From: Nemertoderma westbladi
Lineage: Eukaryota > Animalia > Xenacoelomorpha
NCBI GenBank assembly: GCA_032718475.1
Contig: JAUCBJ010006342.1
Location: 1-50,428, forward strand
Direction of reading: 5' to 3'
DNA: 50,428 nucleotides
Below, in pieces: positions 49,512-50,428 of the stretch; the stretch's first letter is position 1; every line of letters begins with the position of its first letter. Made by a program: the position numbers and the translations under genes. The notes beneath the pieces were generated by a model. It was given only the letters and a program-made list of their open reading frames with translations. It was not told where the DNA came from and ran no database searches.

Positions 49512-50428
49512 GTAATCCTTTGCTCTATGGCACAATTGCTTTTCAACCATCTAAGCGAATCAGGCATCTCAGTATCCTTTCTAAGCAATATTTTCTGATT
49601 TCTTTAATTAACACAAACTGTCGGCAGCGGCACCGTTATGTATGTAGGTGATGGCGTTGTAGAATAATGTTCCGTGGATCCTGCATTATTTCCATCCTAT
49701 TGTATTGTCAACTTTATTTCACTGTAATCGCATTGTGTTGCAATCTTCATATTTCCTTAGCCAATCGGACCACCAGACACCCTTAGCCAATCGGACCACC
49801 AAACTCAAATAGTCCCTCCAGAATTCTATGCCTATCTGACTACCAGATTTACATACATTTCATTACACCAACATTACGGGATTTCAATATCAACAACATT
49901 TATCAGCCCACAAACAGTGTTTATAGTATTAAAGAAAAGTACCCCGCTATTTTATACCCCTGTATGTTATGTAACAATTTACTGGTCAAAGTACTAAGAA
50001 ACGGATCAAACTGCCCCTTTTTTCCATATTACAACCTCACATCGCTGGTACTTTAATCCTGACGGTTATATACAAACAACATAAGGTAATGAAACTCTTT
50101 GCCGGTATGGAACTGGACGTTGAGTTCGTGAAAGAAAGATGACTGAAAGTCAGCGCTGCCCGTGGTATGTCTGTCCTCTCTTTCAAACTATGTATTTGTT
50201 TATCTGTAATTAGATTTGCTAATTGTAATTAACTTGGTGCTGTATGTTTATGTTTCATCAAGTTCTTTAGAACCCCCCCCCCCCCCTCCCACACCCCACC
50301 CCCCACCCCCATGGTAGACACCGGTCAAGTTGCATATGGTAAAACTCTCCCCAATTATTCCATCATTCCCCACACCCCTCACCCCTAAACATAATTAATT
50401 TACTGTGCCGCGAACACAGAAACACTAA

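Overview
Intron-containing, repeat-rich eukaryotic DNA, most likely from an invertebrate animal; the taxon cannot be fixed from the sequence. Three host genes are visible: a single-exon CARD + death-domain adaptor with SH3-ligand repeats (331-1587, +); a kinase-less, TGF-beta/activin-receptor-like or LU-fold type I membrane protein (6767-7645, -); and the first seven coding exons of ACSS3 (38218-49511, +, continuing beyond the last exon seen). The rest is mostly mobile DNA: a full-length but mutated BEL/Pao LTR element with an extra 3' ORF (8539-20991), a 5'-truncated Penelope-like element with a hammerhead, three RTE-type LINE pieces, another LINE, a 2.2-kb solo LTR, several MITEs and satellites. 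Top oddities: (1) a Pol III tRNA-like cassette with a minimal hammerhead ribozyme where the anticodon arm should be, in a 349-bp terminally redundant unit (27540-27920); (2) the BEL element has no tRNA PBS, but the 11 nt after its LTR are perfectly complementary to an LTR-internal site, suggesting Tf1-style self-priming; (3) an ACSS3 exon end plus splice donor amplified about 40 times; (4) a Penelope RT fused in frame to about 360 aa of mucin-like repeats, which the ORF track misses.
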